A DNA stretch of 64,000 nucleotides. Source: Octopus bimaculoides. Its lineage: Eukaryota. Below are positions 38,586 through 52,017 of the stretch, in pieces. The translations under genes and the position numbers were made by a program. Numbering within the stretch: the first letter of the stretch is position 1; every line of letters begins with the position of its first letter. The stretch lies in the NCBI RefSeq assembly GCF_001194135.2, contig NC_068999.1:4918860-4982859 (forward strand), written 5' to 3'. The notes under the pieces are model-generated. The model ran no database searches. It saw only the letters and a list, made by a program, of their open reading frames with translations, and was not told where the DNA came from.

Positions 38586-41576
38586 GAGATAGGTTTAGTA
38601 CCAAACTTCAAAATAATTCTTGGAGGTGATTTATTTGGTTAAAAGCCTTCAAGCCAGTGCCCCAGCATGGCCACAGTCCGATGACCAAAACAAGTGAAAA
38701 AAAGAGTGAAAAATAAACGATAATGCAGACCTAAGATTTGAAACTATGAGCTTCATGTTCACTAGTTATGGTTATGACCCCACCGCCACCCCATATACTC
38801 TCCCCCCTACTTTTTTTTTTAAACTCTCTCCGCCACCTACCACCCACCCCCAACCTAACATCTATAATTTCAGCAAGATTTATTCTTGTGAGATTTTTTG
38901 TTAAGCAAAAGTTAATCAGTTTAGAATATGTTTTTTGGCATTTAATTAGAATAAATTAATTAGTGAACAACAATGCAGAGATGTTGACGAGAAAAGCAAA
39001 CAATAAGCAGAACGGAACAAAGCAGGCAGCTTCCCAAACCCCAATCCATCCCACCCCTTCTGCCCTCTTTGAATGAGGAATTTGAATTTTTCTTGGATGT
39101 GTTGTAAATATGGTGGAGTTAGATGTAATCTTGTGAGTTAACCGATTCCTTAGACTTCCGTCTTTTTTTTTGTTTTTGATAATTCAAATTAAGGACTGGT
39201 GATGTGTGTGTGTGTGCGTGTGTGTTGGAATGCCCGGGGGCCTGCATGGAAACCCAAATGATAAGATCAGTGCTGATGTACTTATTGTAGTAAGTGAGGA
39301 AATTTTAACTAATTAAAACTACAGCTGTAGCGAGGATAAAGAATTGATATTATGATTAATTCTGGTTAAGAAAGGCAGGGGAGATAACCCTGAGAACATA
39401 AATTAATTAACATCAATTAAAAATAGAATGTGAGTGGTAATACTATGAGGGAGAATGAGTTACTGTTAATTTACTCTGTTTATACTTGTATCATTTTTGT
39501 GATATGAATGAAAGCCACATGTTCACAGGGTTGGTACAAAATCATGTTTCTTTATGCTCATGTTATTTTTGTTTAATAGGTATGAACGTCACATTCTCTC
39601 AGGTGTTGATGCTGACAACCCCCCCCCCCTCCATCTCCTTTATGATGGTGTTACTATTATGATATGGATGAATATCCCACATTATTATTCTTCATCATAA
39701 ATTTATGATGCTGTGTCTCAGAAATCGACATCATTGATGAAAATGTTCCGACCCTACCAATGACATTTTTGTCTTTCCTCCTCCTAGTGGTGGTGGCAGT
39801 AGGGATCGGTAAATCAAAATACCTGTTAAATACTGAGGTCTAATCCAATCTATTGCCACCCCTCTGCTTCACAGCAGGGAAAGAAACGCATGTCTCATAC
39901 AGAGGACTTTACTAAACACATTATCTCTTACCAGATGTAAATACATAGTCTCAGACTGGATTTGAACTAGGCACTGTTATTTGTAAACTCAATGGGTGAT
40001 AGTTTCACGGATAAGAACATTAATCCTCTTAGTTTAGACATAAAAGGTTCCAGTTTGACACCTATCTGGGGTCATATGTATATCCAGGAATAAGATGTTT
40101 GATGATAATCAGAGACGAAACTGATATGGAGAGGTAGTATAGATGCGTAAATATTGTCAGTTATATGCTGTAGAGGAAATAATTAAATCATGTCTGTATT
40201 TTAAACATTGTCAGTTGTGCACTGAAAGAAAATGACTAAATCTTATCTTTGACATTTAAACTTTTTATATATTTTGTTGTTTCAGTTTGAAGTTGGCCAG
40301 TGTCTGTGTGTTAACTACCAATACATTTAAAGAGTGCTACATACTCCATTTATGATGATACAAGCGTTGCTTAACATCTCTCATAACTCTTTCTCTCTTT
40401 CTTTCAACCTCTCTCTCCTTACTTCTCAATCCAGCATTCATGTAAGCAGGCAGTTAACATCATAAATCTCTGTGTCGAGAACTGTTCAAAAACACAATTT
40501 TGTGTTAACCACTATCACCACCACCATCACTGCCACTTAAATATATTTTAGTAAATGGCTATATACTGAGTAGTGGATGGAGGTCATGTGTGTGTGTGTA
40601 TGTGTACCCACCCAATGTTACTCCACCAGCATGATAACATCCACCCAATACATTCTGTAAATTGCTTGGCAAATGAGTAGAGACAATATGTGGGTGAAAG
40701 GGGGACCATTTACTCTTGACAATCTCTCTAGTGTTGGTGTCACGATGAATGTACCTGGTAAACCCTGTGGTTGGTGATCCAAACCAGCAAAAAAAATACA
40801 TAAACAAAAGCCATATTTTTATCAGAACAATGAGTTTAGTACTAATATGTTGAGGACCAGTTAGCATGTGGTAGGTTACTGGTTCCATACTTTGTAATCC
40901 AGAGTTCAATTCCTGCTGTATCCACTTAAGTTTTCTTCAGTGCAGGGTCGACATAATAGATAACAGTAATACATTGAATCAGATCAATTGTTTCATAGCG
41001 TCCACCCTTTTACCAAAATAGTCTTGGAGCTCAGAAGAAAATCAATAATTATGGATAATCTATTGAACGATTAGACTCGGACTATTTTACTGGATTCTAT
41101 ATATAGACTGTGTGGAAATAGATGTATGATGGTTATATATAGCTGTGTGTGTGTGTGTGTGTGTGGGGAGGACAATGTTTATGTTTTATACAACAGGTTA
41201 TTAACTAAGTTAGATGAAGAAAGAGGAGGAAAATTGTATTGCAATGTATCTGTGTGATTTCGATTGACTGATAGATACATAGAGATACATATAGATGGCC
41301 AGATAAATAGATAGATAGATAGATAGATAGATACGGAAGAATGATTGTTGATTGAATTAAGTAATGACTGACTGAAAGTAAAATAGTGACTCTGCTTGTT
41401 TTACATAGAATGTATATATGTATGTATGTATGTGTGTTCGTATGTATGTATATGTTTGTATATATGTATGTGTGTATATACACATGTATATATGTATATA
41501 TATGTGTGTTTGTATGTACGTGTGTGTGTGTGCATATATATATATATATATATATTCATATATATATATATATATA

Positions 41577-42125
41577 TGTGGCACTTGGTGAAGAATGGAG
41601 TTTGATGTAGCTACCCTCATTTGCACCTTTTGCCGTGAGGTAGGTTCATCTGGGACTCTCAACAGGAAGAGGTCCAGCTTTGATTTAAAAATGCCTACAT
41701 CTACTTTGTGCAGGTTCCTCAGGCTCTTTGGGAGAATATTAAAAAGCTGTGGGCCCCCCGAAACCCAAGCTGTTGCAGTAACTGGTCCTGAAGCGCGATA
41801 GCATTGCTGAGAATTTTAGCACTATGCAGTGTCGTCCAGTTCTGGCATTGGTGTAGCTTTCAATGCCAAAATTTGGTACAATTCCATCCAGGATCTTCCA
41901 GATGTATATTACTGCATACCTCTCCCACCTTCTCTCCAGGGAGTAGAGTCTTAGCTGTTTCAGCCTTTCCCAGTAGCTGAGCAGTTGCAAAGAGACAATC
42001 TTCTTTGTGAATCTTCGCTGGATTGCTTCAAGGTCTGCTGTTAATTTCACACTGGTGGGTGACCATAGCTGTGAGCAGTAATCCAGGCATCTGAGAACGA
42101 ATGTCCTCCATATAAGGTAGAACTG
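41577..42125 (-). mobile_element. CR1/L2(Jockey)-group LINE ORF2 C-terminal remnant
   Basis: ORF 41739-42128: LDYCSQLWSP...LEAIQRRFTK...SYWERLKQLRLYSLERR.ERY...WKIL. It continues after frameshifts to FKSKLDLFL..VPDEP...SNSILHQ and ends at (TA)n. Confidence 0.9.
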
Positions 42126-42439
42126 CAATTTTGGATAATATCATATATAAACTGCTGTTAATTTCATCTGTTGAGCTAATAATTTCCTCTCCGTTGGTTA
42201 CCATGGTAATGATGGTGATGGTGGCAGGGTTGGTGGTGGTTTGCGTACGTTTGTTTCTTAGGGTTGGGTCCTGTGTGATGTAGATGCACATACCATAAGG
42301 CAGTTACATGCATACTTTGAGGGCGCAGACGTTATGGCAGTTGCAAAACAGATGCAGCCAAGTGTATATAATTATATAGCTGTTTCATAGTCGTATTTGA
42401 ATACACACATAAATTCATGAAGAGGTCTCTCTCTTTCTC

Positions 42440-42516
<77 letters not shown>

Positions 42517-43702
42517 CTATATATATATGTATGTATGTAGCATCATCATTTAACATCTGTTGTCCATGCTGGCATGGATTGGACGGTTTGACCAGGGCTA
42601 GTAAGCTGGAAGGCTGCACCAGACTCCAGTCTGATTTGGCAAAGTTTCTACAGCTGGATGCCCTTCCTTACACCAACCACTCCAAGAGTGTAATGGATGC
42701 TATTATGTGCCATGGGCACAGGTATCATTAGTGTGGCACTGGGGTGCATTTACGTGCCAGTTTGTGTGACACCGGCATCAAAACAAACAAAAAATAACAC
42801 TGCACATGTCAAGGGTCATCCGTCCCAACTGACCAGNNNNNNNNNNNNNNNNNNNNNNNNNNNNNNNNNNNNNNNNNNNNNNNNNNNNNNNNNNNNNNNN
42901 NNNNNNNNNNNNNNNNNNNNNNNNNNNNNNNNNNNNNNNNNNNNNNNNNNNNNNNNNNNNNNNNNNNNNNNNNNNNNNNNNNNNNNNNNNNNNNNNNNNN
43001 NNNNNNNNNNNNNNNNNNNNNNNNNNNNNNNNNNNNNNNNNNNNNNNNNNNNNNNNNNNNNNNNNNNNNNNNNNNNNNNNNNNNNNNNNNNNNNNNNNNN
43101 NNNNNNNNNNNNNNNNNNNNNNNNNNNNNNNNNNNNNNNNNNNNNNNNNNNNNNNNNNNNNNNNNNNNNNNNNNNNNNNNNNNNNNNNNNNNNNNNNNNN
43201 NNNNNNNNNNNNNNNNNNNNNNNNNNNNNNNNNNNNNNNNNNNNNNNNNNNNNNNNNNNNNNNNNNNNNNNNNNNNNNNNNNNNNNNNNNNNNNNNNNNN
43301 NNNNNNNNNNNNNNNNNNNNNNNNNNNNNNNNNNNNNNNNNNNNNNNNNNNNNNNNNNNNNNNNNNNNNNNNNNNNNNNNNNNNNNNNNNNNNNNNNNNN
43401 NNNNNNNNNNNNNNNNNNNNNNNNNNNNNNACCATTTCCTCACCCTTCGCTCCAACCACATATTTCTCAAGTTTCCGCAGATCTTCTGTATCAATTACCC
43501 AAGGTTCTCTGCTATCACGCTCTAGATGCCAACCTCACCTCTTGCATACCATGGGTATAACCCCTCACTCACACACACACACACACACACTCCTCATTAT
43601 GTATGTGTCATATAAACTGATGATATCTAAACAGACAATACATGCTTATGTAGAAGGGTGACTGTAATGTAAACAGATGTAGGTAGATATCTATATACAC
43701 AC

Positions 43703-43740
<38 letters not shown>

Positions 43741-43976
43741 GTAGATGTATATGAGAGGTGTAGATGTGTATAAAATATGTGTATTAAATATAATTACCTG
43801 CTGTATGTTTGTGTACAAATGTATTTCTATATTTGTATGTATTTTAATATCTCTAATCTATCTATCTGTTTGTCTGTCTGTCTATTTGTCTATCTATCTG
43901 TCCATCTATCTGTCTATCTATCTATCTATCTGTCTGTCTGTTTGTCTGTCTATCTGTCTCTCTATCTATCTATCTG

Positions 43977-44011
<35 letters not shown>

Positions 44012-44091
44012 ATATATATATATTTGGAAATGGATGTATGGTGTTCAATTAAATAATAAATAGCATTTACTATTTATTATATTTATTTATT

Positions 44092-44122
<31 letters not shown>

Positions 44123-46478
44123 ATGTATATGTATCATGTATGCACATGCACACACACACACACACACAGTCATGTCTGTGTCTGTGTGTGGTTAAATANN
44201 NNNNNNNNNNNNNNNNNNNNNNNNNNNNNNNNNNNNNNNNNNNNNNNNNNNNNNNNNNNNNNNNNNNNNNNNNNNNNNNNNNNNNNNNNNNNNNNNNNNN
44301 NNNNNNNNNNNNNNNNNNNNNNNNNNNNNNNNNNNNNNNNNNNNNNNNNNNNNNNNNNNNNNNNNNNNNNNNNNNNNNNNNNNNNNNNNNNNNNNNNNNN
44401 NNNNNNNNNNNNNNNNNNNNNNNNNNNNNNNNNNNNNNNNNNNTATCTATCTATCTATCTATATATATATATATTTGGAAATGGATGTATGGTGTTCAAT
44501 TAAATAATAAATAGCATTTACTATTTATTATATTTATTTATTTATATATATATATATATGTATGTATGTGTATGTGCATGCATGTGTATACATGTGTGTG
44601 CGCGTGTGCATATACACACACATACGATCAAGACTGCCGTTCCTTGTTTTAAATTCATGCGATTAGTATTTCCACTTTTCGGCTTTGACCACCAGTTCCC
44701 CACCCCCACCAACTCCACTCCGCCGCCATTCTACTTCCCCCACCCCCCATCCCGACCGCCACTCCTCTGACTCCGCTGTCTTCCTTCTACAGTTTAATAC
44801 CTTCTCCATCTGTCACATGGCTGTGGTGATGGTGTCGGTGGGGAGGTGGTCTGCGTTTGTCTATCAAGGTTTTTGGTGATGGTCGTGGGAGGGTTGGTGG
44901 ATTCCTTGATGTCTACATGTGTGGTGGTGGTGGTGGTGGTGGTAGTTTTTGGGCATTGGAAGACCTCTTCTGGTTCTCTTTTGTCACTTGGTGGCAGCTG
45001 GTGTCTGTCATCACACAGGAATGGAGAGGCCCACCAAGACATTTACCATCCCCATCAGCATCCTCATCCTCATCATTATCATCATTATTTAACCCCACTA
45101 TCATCATTTCAACTATGCTCCCTCTTCCACCACCATCACTATCATCACAACCAGCACACTATCACATTGCTAATGTTTTCCACACCATCACCTCATTGCC
45201 ACTGTTGTTACTATTACTACTACCACCACCACCACCAGCCGTAGAACAAGGCTACTGTTTACAATGAAAGAAACCAGAAGCTTCTAAATGAAGAAAATGA
45301 CAAATTTCATTTAACATGAGGTCACATAACCCTAACATGTGATAATATTCACAATATGCTTGTCTGTGTTTATATGTGTTTGTATATGTGCCCATGTGTG
45401 TATGTATGTCTATATACATACACACACACACACATATATATGTATATGTATATATACATACACCCCCCCCCATACACACATACACACGTGTATGCATATG
45501 CATATGTATGAGTGTGTCTCTGTGTCTCATATTTCTTTGGAAACTTCCCTTCCCCCACCCCGGTTCTGCTTTTGTTTTTTGGCGGTAACATGTGATATAT
45601 TGGGAGGACTTATTGGTTTGTTCTCACTCCCACTGTGTGTGTGTGTGTGTGCGTGTTTATTAAATTACTAGTGCGTTAACAGTGTTTTGTTTCGTTGCTC
45701 TCATGTACTATAGAACATATCTATAGATTTTTAACCTACACTGTATGTCACAGCAAATGTATACAAGCCTACACACACATACATACATACATATACATGC
45801 ACATACATTATCTATATAAATCTGGTGCTCTGTCACCACTGTAACACCATATAGCATGCCTCCTATAACAAAACTGTGTGTATGTGTGTGTGTGTGTGTG
45901 ACGTGCAGGTGTGCCTATACGGTAAGAAGTTTGCTTCTCAACCACATGGATCTAGGTTCAGTTCTGTTGCATTGGTGCATCTTGGACAAGTGTCTTCTGA
46001 GAGGATTTGGTAGATGGAAATTGAAAGTAGTCTGTTGTATACATGTGTGTGTTTGCGTTTCCTTGTCTTGGCATCATGTGATAGTTATAAATGATTATTG
46101 GTCACATTCATACAAGCAGTGTAATTCATTTCCAATATTTTGCAAAAAAAAAACATGTTTATGTTTGGTCATGGATAAGTGTTAGCTCGTTTGGAAATAG
46201 GTAACGGTTGGTGACTGGAAGATCATCCAGCTGTAGAAAATCTGCGTCAATAACAGGGGTTGGGGTGGAGTTAATTTTAATAAACCTTGCAATTTGTTGT
46301 TACGTATTCTATTGAACCCCTTGAAATATAAAATGAACCCACTGGGATTTGAACTCACAGTATAAATCAAACCAACTTAATTAAATATCATTGAGTCCGT
46401 TAGTCCGGCATCCCACAATGCTGTTAATTAATATGAACAAACATTTGCTTAGCATTCTTCTTTTCACATCGATTGTAA

Positions 46479-46526
<48 letters not shown>

Positions 46527-47873
46527 TCTTCACTGCTTTGTTTTTATTGGTTTACTTTTTTGTTTTGTTTTGTTGTTCCTGTTTCTTTATAAAGATTTCC
46601 GATGGAACTCTTACACCCTGGAGCCTTTCCAATAAAAATTAACTCATGCCAGGGGAAAAGACAAAAAGAACAGAAAATATTTCAGATTTCACACACACGC
46701 ACATATATGCATACATATATATGTATATATATAGACACATACACACATATTATATACACATTGAAAATATCCTAAGTATTTCAGAAATGTTGGCTTTACT
46801 TTTTTCTTTCTCTTTTCCTTGTTTTCTTTCTTTGTCACTTCTCTTTCTTTTCTATCATCTTCTTTCCTTTTCTCTTTCCATTTTTCTTTCTCTCTCTCTC
46901 TCTCTCTCCCTTCTGTCTTTCTGTCTTTCTCTCTCTTACACCCCACCATTCACATCCCACTCTTCATTTCACCTCCCATTTTGTCTCCACTTCCCCTCCT
47001 CTTCTCTATTTCCACCCTCTATCCATTTTCACTGATTCTCCCCCACCGCACTCCTCCCATTTCTCTCCGATGCTTTGCAGGTCTATCAAACCCATCTCTT
47101 GGGAAGTAGCAGTAGTATGGATCCATGTGCTGCAACAGTGTGTTGCTGCTTTCACCACTTGTTGGCCAGACACGCTTTCCATGGAAGACTGGAAGCAAAC
47201 AACACCACTTGTATGGCAGTGATGCTCATTTACAACCACCATCTGAAGTCAAAGGCAATGGCACAAACACACACATATGAGAAATGATAAACATGATTAT
47301 ATCAGTTGTTCCCTACACATGTTTCACCATTGCGGCTATTTGCAATCCCTGTTGTCATAATCATGCATCTAACTGTACACCCAAAATGTACCATGTTGCT
47401 GCAGAGTGGGACTGAACCCAAGAACCCGTGGTTGGAAAGCAAGCTTCTCAGCCACACAGCTGCACCCGCAAGCAAACTGCCGATCATGGATCAGTGGTTA
47501 CTAATCTGCTAATTTTAGCTCCCACCCTTCAACCTTTCCCTTCCTCCTCATATCTGACCTACATCTTTAATCTCTCCTCCCCCCCCCGTCGTCTTTACTC
47601 GCCTTGATTGACTAATAACTACCTATCTTTAATGAAATGCCATTACATGCCTAAAGTGTGAACAACATGCTACTTGTTGATGGTGCCCTGATAACAGAGC
47701 CAGAGTGGGGGGGGGGACATAACCTTAATGTGTTTGCCAATCTTGGTGGTGGTGATAGACATTGACCTTGAATAAATTAGAGGAAAGGTAACCCTAACCC
47801 TCCACCCCCACCCCTCCCCAACTGTTATATATGTGATTATGGATTTAAGCACATGCAGGATATATTCAAACTC

Positions 47874-47905
<32 letters not shown>

Positions 47906-48232
47906 CTACCTGGTGTATTCGCACATGCACAGGTATATTCACACACATCTACACAAGTAAAGTCGCACGAGGGTCACCCAACCATAGAAACCATGTCAGA
48001 GCTGACACTGGAGCTTGGTGTGACCCCATGGCTTATTGGATCCTGTCAAACCATCCAACCCCTGCCAGCATGGAAAACATGTTAGATGATCATGATTATG
48101 ATGGTAATGATGTTGATGATGATAATGGTCATGATGATGATGATACATAAAAGAATGCTTAGAGACCAAACCACAACTCCATTACCCCACCCCCACCCCA
48201 TCTTCCCTCCTATATTCAGTTCCTGCTTTATA

Positions 48233-48359
48233 CAGGGTATCCACAAAGTCTGGGTAAATGGGGATTAACACATACTTTAAGAAATTATTATTTCTTATAT
48301 TTAATTGTTTACGTTACGATTTTATTTACTCCAAGTACCCAGACCTTGTGGACACCCTG
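48233..48359. mobile_element. Tc1/mariner-type MITE, 24-bp TIRs (22/24 match), TA TSD
   Basis: TA|cagggtatccacaaagtctgggta ... tacccagaccttgtggacaccctg|TA. TA at 48231-48232 and 48360-48361. Confidence 0.85.
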
Positions 48360-48554
48360 TAGACAATGTCAGTGTGTTGTCCTGAGATTCAGGACTTTAG
48401 ACATCTCCCCTGTTTTGAAGACTGTGTGGAGAGTTTCTTATTAGATCCTTAGCTAGGTTTCGGTTAGAATTGGCCCAGGCCATGACTAACATAATAGCAC
48501 CACCTGGAAAAATCATTTAATAATAATTCATATCACAGTCATTCCTTGAGCACC

Positions 48555-48770
48555 ATAGCCCATTCGAGTAAAGAGTTATTGCTTGCAGACATATATGTAG
48601 GTGTAGGTGGTTTATTTGTTGGAATTTGGTGGAAACATTCATCCAGGAACTGTTTGAATGTTATGAGATCATTTTCTTCCCAAGACCAAAAATAGCTCTA
48701 CTGTACCCAATCCCTGCTTCAAAGACAATAGTTGGAGAGATTTCACTGTAAGAAGCTCCTTCGCTGACTC
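48555..48770 (-). mobile_element. Old CR1/L2-type LINE 3' remnant
   Basis: The minus frame reads TFKQFLDECFHQIPTNKPPTPTYMSASNNSLLEW, resembling the FK..LD..L..IPDxP....Y...NSL terminus also seen at 41.6 kb. Confidence 0.5.
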
Positions 48771-48787
48771 ATGTGTTCCCTATCTTA

Positions 48788-49022
48788 TTTCTTTCTTGCC
48801 CACAAGGGGCTAAACATAGAGGGGACAAACAAGGACAGACGAAGGGATTAAGTCGATTACATCGACCCCCAGTCCATAACTGGTACTGAATTTATCGACC
48901 CTGAAAGGATGAAAGGCAAAGTCGACCTCGGTGGAAATTGAACTCAGAATGTAAAGACAGACGAAATAGCGCTAAGCATTTCACCCGACGTGCTAACGAT
49001 TCTGCCAGCTCACCGCCTTATC
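48788..49022 (-). mobile_element. SINE family B variant with 16-bp TSD TGTGTTCCCTATCTTA
   Basis: TSD at 48772-48787 and 49023-49038. The head taaggcggtgagctggcagaatcgttagcacg is on the minus strand. The 3' tail differs from that of 10212. Confidence 0.9.
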
Positions 49023-50149
49023 TGTGTTCCCTATCTTAAGAAAGGAAGTTTATTGAGAGGAGGTTTGGTCCCTCCAATAACTAGGGTTTGTGATTACACA
49101 CGGGCCTTCATTGATTCTATCATTGCTGTTGTTGCTGTTTGACCTTTACAAAGACTTCTGTCTCTGATGCAGTCCTCTCTCGTTTTTGAAAATAATATTC
49201 ATTGCTAATAAGGTTTGATAATTTTCCTCTCTCGCATTTATATATAAACAGCTACACAGCTGTGTGAGTTTGAATATATCCTGCGTGTTCTTTTACAAAC
49301 CGTGTGTGTGTGTGTTTATAAGTGTGTGTGTGTTTATATGTATGTATTTATAAGTGTGTGTATAGGTGTATGTCGATAGATGTGTGTCTGTATCTATAAG
49401 TATGTGCGTGTATACGTATTTGCATACTGGTGTTTACAGAACTTCCATTCGGTTTACTTTAGAATTTCTAGAAACACCTCTACATCTTTCTGTTCAACAA
49501 TCGCTTGCTATTTAGTTACAGTGTCAGTGTTCAGCACGTGTGTGTGTATGTGTAAATATAAGTGTGTGTGTGTGTCAAGTGGTTCAGTACTGTGCCATCG
49601 CTTCAAGTGTCTCATCTGACCTTTAAACTCCAAAGACCCAAAGAATGAAAAACTTAGCACTAATCATTAATATTTCTTCTTTTAAATTTTATTTAATTAA
49701 AGATCGCAGACAGGATGTTGTTGACTCTGTTTTTTTTTTTTTCTTATTAGCTCTGTCATTATCACACACACACACACACGCACACACATGCTGTTGACCT
49801 TCATGAGGTTTGAACTCAGAATGCAAGAGCCAAAATAATTACTCCAAGCCATTTGGCCAGTGCCTTAATGATTTTGCCAGTTGACTGCCTTTCATGCTTT
49901 TGAAGTACCAGTCAAGTACTGGAGCCAATTCTCCTCACCCCCTCTCTTCCTCCCTCCATCTCCCCCTATTTCTCACAGAATCAGTTATGCTGTGCTGTGG
50001 CTCACAAGGAACAACCCAAAGTGTCATGTCCCTTTCCTTCAAGTAATGAAAGTGGATTGACCTAGGGGCCTCTATTTCTCCCCCAAAGTACTACAGAAAC
50101 TGCCCCAAGAAACCATTGAACACTAAGCCACATACCTCCACTGGAACAG

Positions 50150-50330
50150 TATTGTTGTTGTTGGCACTCTGTCGCTTACGACGTCGAGGGTTCCAGTTGA
50201 ACAGCCTGCTCGTGAAATTAACGTGCAAGTGGCTAAGCGCTCCACAGACATGTGTACCCTTAACGTAGTTCTCGGGGATATTCAGCGTGACACAGTGTGA
50301 CAAGGCTGGCCCCTTTGAAATACAGGTACA
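50150..50330 (-). mobile_element. SINE/LINE-tail family D fragment ending in (CAA)n
   Basis: The minus strand reads ..gtacacatgtctgtggagcgcttagccacttgcacgttaatttcacgagcagg..gagtgccaacaacaac. A homologous piece lies at about 1670-1725(+). Confidence 0.6.
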
Positions 50331-51600
50331 ATAGAAACAGGAAGTAAGAACGAGAGAAAGTTGTGGTGAAAGAGTACAGCAGGGTTCGCCACCATCCCCT
50401 GCCGGAGCCTCGTGGAGCTTTAGGTGTTTTCGATCAATAAACTCTCACANNNNNNNNNNNNNNNNNNNNNNNNNNNNNNNNNNNNNNNNNNNNNNNNNNN
50501 NNNNNNNNNNNNNNNNNNNNNNNNNNNNNNNNNNNNNNNNNNNNNNNNNNNNNNNNNNNNNNNNNNNNNNNNNNNNNNNNNNNNNNNNNNNNNNNNNNNN
50601 NNNNNNNNNNNNNNNNNNNNNNNNNNNNNNNNNNNNNNNNNNNNNNNNNNNNNNNNNNNNNNNNNNNNNNNNNNNNNNNNNNNNNNNNNNNNNNNNNNNN
50701 NNNNNNNNNNNNNNNNNNNNNNNNNNNNNNNNNNNNNNNNNNNNNNNNNNNNNNNNNNNNNNNNNNNNNNNNNNNNNNNNNNNNNNNNNNNNNNNNNNNN
50801 NNNNNNNNNNNNNNNNNNNNNNNNNNNNNNNNNNNNNNNNNNNNNNNNNNNNNNNNNNNNNNNNNNNNNNNNNNNNNNNNNNNNNNNNNNNNNNNNNNNN
50901 NNNNNNNNNNNNNNNNNNNNNNNNNNNNNNNNNNNTATAAGAGGAGACTGATGAGCTTACATCTTGATGGTGGGGTGGTGGTGGTGGTGGTGGTGGTGGT
51001 GGTGGTAATGATGGTGGTCAGTGTGATGTTGGTGGAGGTGGAGGAGGTGGCAGTGGTGGTAGTGTAGATCATTATGGTAGCAGTGGTGATGATGATGCTG
51101 GTTGTGGTGATGTCGCTGGAGATGGTGGTGGTGGTGGTGGTGGTGTGGACAGTAGTGGGGGTAGTAGTGATTGAAGTGGTCATGTTAGTAATTGTAGCAG
51201 CGATAAAGGCGGTGGTGTAGGTACCAGTAGAGGTGGTGATGGTTATAACGGCAGTAGTTGTAGTAATAATAGTAGTGGTGGTGGTTGGAGAGTGACATGG
51301 TTTCATGATAATCATACTGAGTTGTGAATCAGGTAGGAATTAAACTAATTAATTAGTAAATGATCTCAATTATATATAGATTTGTTTATATAATAGATGC
51401 AGGCATGGGTATGTGGTAAGAAACTTGCTTTCAGACCACATGGTTTCAGGTTCAGTCCCTCTGTGTGACACCTTGGTCCACTGTCTTCTATTATAGCTTC
51501 GGGCTGACTAAGACCTTGTGAGTGAATTTGGGAGATGGAAACTGAAAGAAGCCCATCCTATACACATATATATATATATATATATATATAAATCGTAGTC

Positions 51601-52017
51601 ATGGCTGATACCAGTGCTGTCTAACTGGCACCCATGCTGGTGGCACATGACAAGCACCATTCAGGTGTGGGTTGATGCCAGTGACGCCTGACTGGCTTCA
51701 GTGCACGTAAAAAGCACCACCCAAACGTGGTCGATGCCAGTGCCCCCCAACTGGCTCCAGTGCTGGTGGCACATAAACAGCACCATTGAAATATGGTCGA
51801 TGCCAGTGACACCTGACTGGCTCCTGTACTGGTGGCACATAAAAAGCACCCACTACACTCTTGGAGTGGTTGGCGTTAGGAAGGGCATCCAGCTGTAGAA
51901 ACCTTGCCAGATTAGACTGGAGTCTGGTGCAGCCTCCTGGCTTCCCAGACCCCAGTCGAACCATCCAACCCATGCCAGCATGGAAAACGGATGTTAAACG
52001 ATGATGATGATGACGAT
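51601..52017 (+). mobile_element. SINE family C, long copy with ~4 internal tandem ~60-bp subunits
   Basis: Repeated gatgccagtg..actggc...ggtggcac.taaaaagcacc units precede the conserved ggagtggttggcgttaggaagggcatcc domain and (GAT)n tail. Confidence 0.85.
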
